A DNA stretch of 63,992 nt, counting the filler, from Reclinomonas americana ATCC 50394 (Eukaryota), in assembly GCA_048213135.1 (NCBI GenBank). It is 56 parts of 56 records of this genome, joined end to end, with 100 filler letters (N's around TTAATTAATTAA, not from the genome) between each part and the next. Parts side by side here need not be neighbours in the genome. Positions count along the whole stretch, not along the records: positions 59,542 to 60,580 come from AFZH01026741.1; positions 60,681 to 61,718 come from AFZH01026742.1; positions 61,819 to 62,855 come from AFZH01026743.1; positions 62,956 to 63,992 come from AFZH01026744.1; 52 more parts are not named here. One strand, 5' to 3'. The notes below the pieces were generated by a model. It did not search any database. It was not told the origin of the DNA and saw nothing but the letters and a program-made list of their open reading frames with translations. Position numbers and translations under genes: made by a program. Below, piece after piece: positions 60,454 to 63,992 of this stretch. Position 1 is the stretch's first letter. Each line of letters opens with the position of its first letter.

Positions 60454-61926
60454 CTAGAGAGGGGAAAAGGGGGAATGGATGAGGGGGGAAGGAAATGGGA
60501 AAGGGGGATAAAGGTGGAAGGGTGAGGGGAGAGATGGGGGGGGAGGAAGTATGAGACGGAAACAGGGGAAGGAGAGAAGANNNNNNNNNNNNNNNNNNNN
60601 NNNNNNNNNNNNNNNNNNNNNNNNTTAATTAATTAANNNNNNNNNNNNNNNNNNNNNNNNNNNNNNNNNNNNNNNNNNNNAAGATTAATCCTGCAAAGTT
60701 GAACATCAACGAGCAATTGATGCTGGCGACATTGTTTGTTGCGTGTTTCTCTGCATGCCGCCACTGATGCTGTCATAACGTGCTCCCATTTACCCATGAT
60801 CCCTGGGAGCAGAGGTGCAACAAGAAGAGGATACTGGTGAAGGCATTCGGCCTCATGGCGCCCGTGGTGCTGCCATCCACAGTCCTCCATCATCAGCGCG
60901 TTCTCTTCAGTCTTGCTTGTGACGAATGTGGCATGCCGTCGAAGGGACTGGGCTGCCCGTCAGCCGCAGTCATGTCTGCATTTGGAAAGAGTCTTGCCAG
61001 CGGTGCCTGCAATACACGCAACATGACATCCAAGTCAGTAGAGGGCGTGCTCGAGAGTGTGAGCAGCTTCATAGAGGTGAGTGTCGGTGTGTTATATGAG
61101 TATCCTTCCGATTGTAATGTGCGTGGTCCCTGACTCGACTTCGACGTGGATGTCGCCATCAGAAAAGCGAACTTCGAGGAGCTGAGCTGGTGGATGCTGT
61201 CGAGAGACCACTGATTGTGATTGATGAGCGTGGTTACTCTGAGGCATGCGGACCGTGTTTTTTTTGTTGTCGTGTATCAATGACTCTTGACTAACTTTCT
61301 CGTTTATCGGTTGACAGGAGTCAGCAGCGCTGACGCACAAAAGTGGCACTGCGAATGTTCTTCTGCCATTTGTCACACAGGCCATGCATATGCTCCGCAC
61401 CTGTCCTGGCCTGCTGACCACTCTGCTTCGAAATGGTTGCCTTTCGAAGGAGGAGATTGAGCGTGCCGGTGAGTGCTCCAAATGCAGTAATCTGAGAGCA
61501 CCTGCATTATTGCTCGTCGTGCCAGCATCGTAACTGACGTGCATGATGCAGTGCTGGGTGACGAGAAGCCGGTGAAGATGGAGGTGGTGAAGGAAGAGGA
61601 GGAGGAGGAGGAGGAGGATGAACAGGAAGACGAGGACGAGGGCATGTAGAGCAAGAAATTCAGAGTGGTGGTGATGGAGAAGGAGCTTGAAGTGGAGAGC
61701 AAGACATTGCTTAGGATGNNNNNNNNNNNNNNNNNNNNNNNNNNNNNNNNNNNNNNNNNNNNTTAATTAATTAANNNNNNNNNNNNNNNNNNNNNNNNNN
61801 NNNNNNNNNNNNNNNNNNTCTCACTCACTCGCACTCTTAACAGGTTGCGGTGAGCGATCGCGATCGTCGATCCCCTCTTCCCTCTCCTCTCTATGTATGT
61901 GTCACTCATATCGATTTGCTGCGAAG

Positions 61927-62608
61927 CACGGCGATGAACTACGAAATGCGTCACGGCGGTGGCATGCGAAACGCCTTTTCGCACTTGTACAATGAGGGTG
62001 GTCGTGGTCTTGGAGGTGTCCGTCGGTTTTATCGCGGTCTCCTGCCAGCGTTGCTGCAGGGCCCACTCAGTCGGTTCGGCGACACGGCCTCCAACGCCGG
62101 TGTGATGGCGTTTGTCAATCGCTACGAGGAAACCAAGGTCTTGTGTCTGCGATGACCAGAGCTCCTCATCGCGCACCGATTGTCTCACTTGCCCCCTCAG
62201 AACCTGCCAGTCGCCGTAAAGACGGTGGCGGCAAGTACCACGGCTGCGCTGTTCCGCATCTTCTTGATGCCGGTGAGCGACTGACCACGTGCATCTGTCT
62301 TCTGCATCTGTGAGCTCATCGCAACGCCTTGCATGCAGATCGACACCACCAAGACCATTATGCAAGTGGAGGGCAAGAACGGTATTCCCACGCTGCTCAG
62401 CAAGTACCGCGCTGGAGGAATCCCGGTGTTTTACGCCGGAGCACTCGCTGCCTCGGGCGCCACGCTGGTCGGCCACTTCCCCTGGTTCTTCACGTACAAC
62501 TCGCTGGATGCGTACTTGCCGAGGCCCAAGGACACCACACAAAAGCTGATGCGCTCCGCTTTTATGGGGTTTGTGTCCAGCGTTGTGAGCGACACCATGA
62601 GCAATAGC
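61927..62608 (+). CDS. Mitochondrial carrier (SLC25) family protein, spliced, partial
   Basis: RRFYRGLLPALLQGPLSRFGD; signature P/IDTTKTIMQ; VFYAGA. Confidence 0.9.
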
Positions 62609-62955
62609 GTTGCGTGCACTCGCCGAGACAGACGGGGAGGGGGGCAATGGATATGAGGGGATGGGAAGAGGAAGGGAGAGAGATTGGGTTGCGATCTTGC
62701 ACTCTCGTGCAGAAAGGGAAGGCTTGTGCGCTTCGGTTTACACTGGTGGACTGTGTCTCCTATCGCTTTGATCGTCTTCCTCGGATTGTTTCCTTCTTTC
62801 CACCGACCGACTGTGTGTGTCTCTCTCTTTCTCTCTCTCTTTCTCTCTCTCTCTCNNNNNNNNNNNNNNNNNNNNNNNNNNNNNNNNNNNNNNNNNNNNT
62901 TAATTAATTAANNNNNNNNNNNNNNNNNNNNNNNNNNNNNNNNNNNNNNNNNNNN

Positions 62956-63603
62956 TGTGGGTGTTGAATCCAGATGTGGCGATAGAGGAGACGATTGTCG
63001 CGTGGGGAATTCGAGCAAACCAACAGTGCTTTGTATTTGAGTACGGCAGCTTTAGTGCATGGGGCGCAGTTGTCCATTACAACGATGACATGCCGTGGGG
63101 GACACCAGTACCCGCGGCCGGCACGTGGCACCACTTGGTGTTTACATCGGATGGGACAACAGAGCGTGTGTATGCTGACGGATTTTTGTCGAATTCGGGA
63201 ATCAAGAACCCCAATATCTCCGCGTCCACACCCATCACTCTCGCGTCGCAGTACAACGGCGACGCAAGTCCGAAAACAACACTGCGTGGCACCCTGACGA
63301 TTGCTCGGCTGCGTATCCACAGCAGCACGTTGACGGCGGCGCAGGTGTTAAATAACTACATGGCGGAGCGCAGCACGTTTCTGTCGAACTCCTCTCTAGC
63401 TTGCACTGTTCCGGCGAGCGACTGCAGTGCTGTGGCGACCTCGCTCATCAGCATCGGCGCCAAGAGTGTGGCGAGTGGAGCGTTGACTGTGGCAAGTGTC
63501 ACTGCTGGCACGGGAGCGTTGATGGCACCCATGGCTGTGTGTCACATGCCAGTGTCCGCAAGCTCGTTTATCGAACAGGTGCAACCATTGATCACTGCTC
63601 GAG
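62956..63603 (+). CDS. LamG/concanavalin-A-like jellyroll domain in an extracellular protein, spliced, partial
   Basis: GTWHHLVFTSDGTTERVYADG..IARLRIHSSTLTAAQVLNNY; GTGCGT donor at 63604. Confidence 0.8.
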
Positions 63604-63992
63604 GTGCGTGACGGGCGCAGCGAAGGGTACCACCATTTCTTCCTTGTGGTCACTGACGACTGTGTTGGGTGCGGGTCATACAGCCACAATGACTGTCTCT
63701 GCAGTGTCGCCGAGTACCATCCATCGGAGATCGTGGCAACTTGTCTCTCTGACGGGAAGTTGCGTCGCCCTCATGTTTAGAGCATCTTGATCCGAAGCTC
63801 TACATGTCTCTAACCCGCGATCGTCGTAATGCAGCCAACTTTTTCGACTTGTCCACCAGCGGCGACTCTGCAGCAGCGGTGCTATCATCGAATACGGTGT
63901 GTGTGTTCCGGTGCACACCAGTCTCATCAGCACTTCTTACGACTTGTGTGCAATTGTGCAGAACTGCAGCGGCACACTGGTGGTGGTGGCAA

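Overview
This is not a contiguous locus. It is a concatenation of 56 short contigs (about 1.04-1.05 kb each, roughly size-sorted) joined by 55 artificial 100-nt spacers (44 N + TTAATTAATTAA + 44 N). Most contigs come from an intron-rich, microsatellite-rich eukaryote. Recognisable fragments include WASH1, RPL6, gamma-carbonic anhydrase, RPT6, ALG11, TOM1, XPNPEP3, an ACX4-like acyl-CoA enzyme, AGMO, a mitochondrial carrier, a papain protease, a hybrid histidine kinase, and Kelch/WD40/RING/LRR proteins. The complex-I-type gamma-CA suggests a non-animal, non-fungal protist. Seven contigs are bacterial: four high-GC Actinobacteria-like (2305-3355, 20690-21734, 32142-33185, 45858-46898) and three Alphaproteobacteria-like (6909-7955, 37859-38901, 39002-40044). 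The highlight is contig 20690-21734, which holds three tandem 40-43 aa precursor peptides. Two are absent from the ORF track and the third appears only inside a mis-started longer ORF. They share an FEE(I/L)xxxxAP leader, a hydrophobic core and an invariant C-terminal Thr, and are followed by a hairpin and a SAM methyltransferase: a daptide-type RiPP cluster fragment. Other notable points: bacterial-type cadherin repeats encoded one per 282-nt exon, an intronless hypervariable WD40 family, intron-bearing bacterial-type AAA-ATPase-like and LamG domains, and a recurrent GTTGCG splice donor. All family calls come from recognising motifs by eye; no searches were run.
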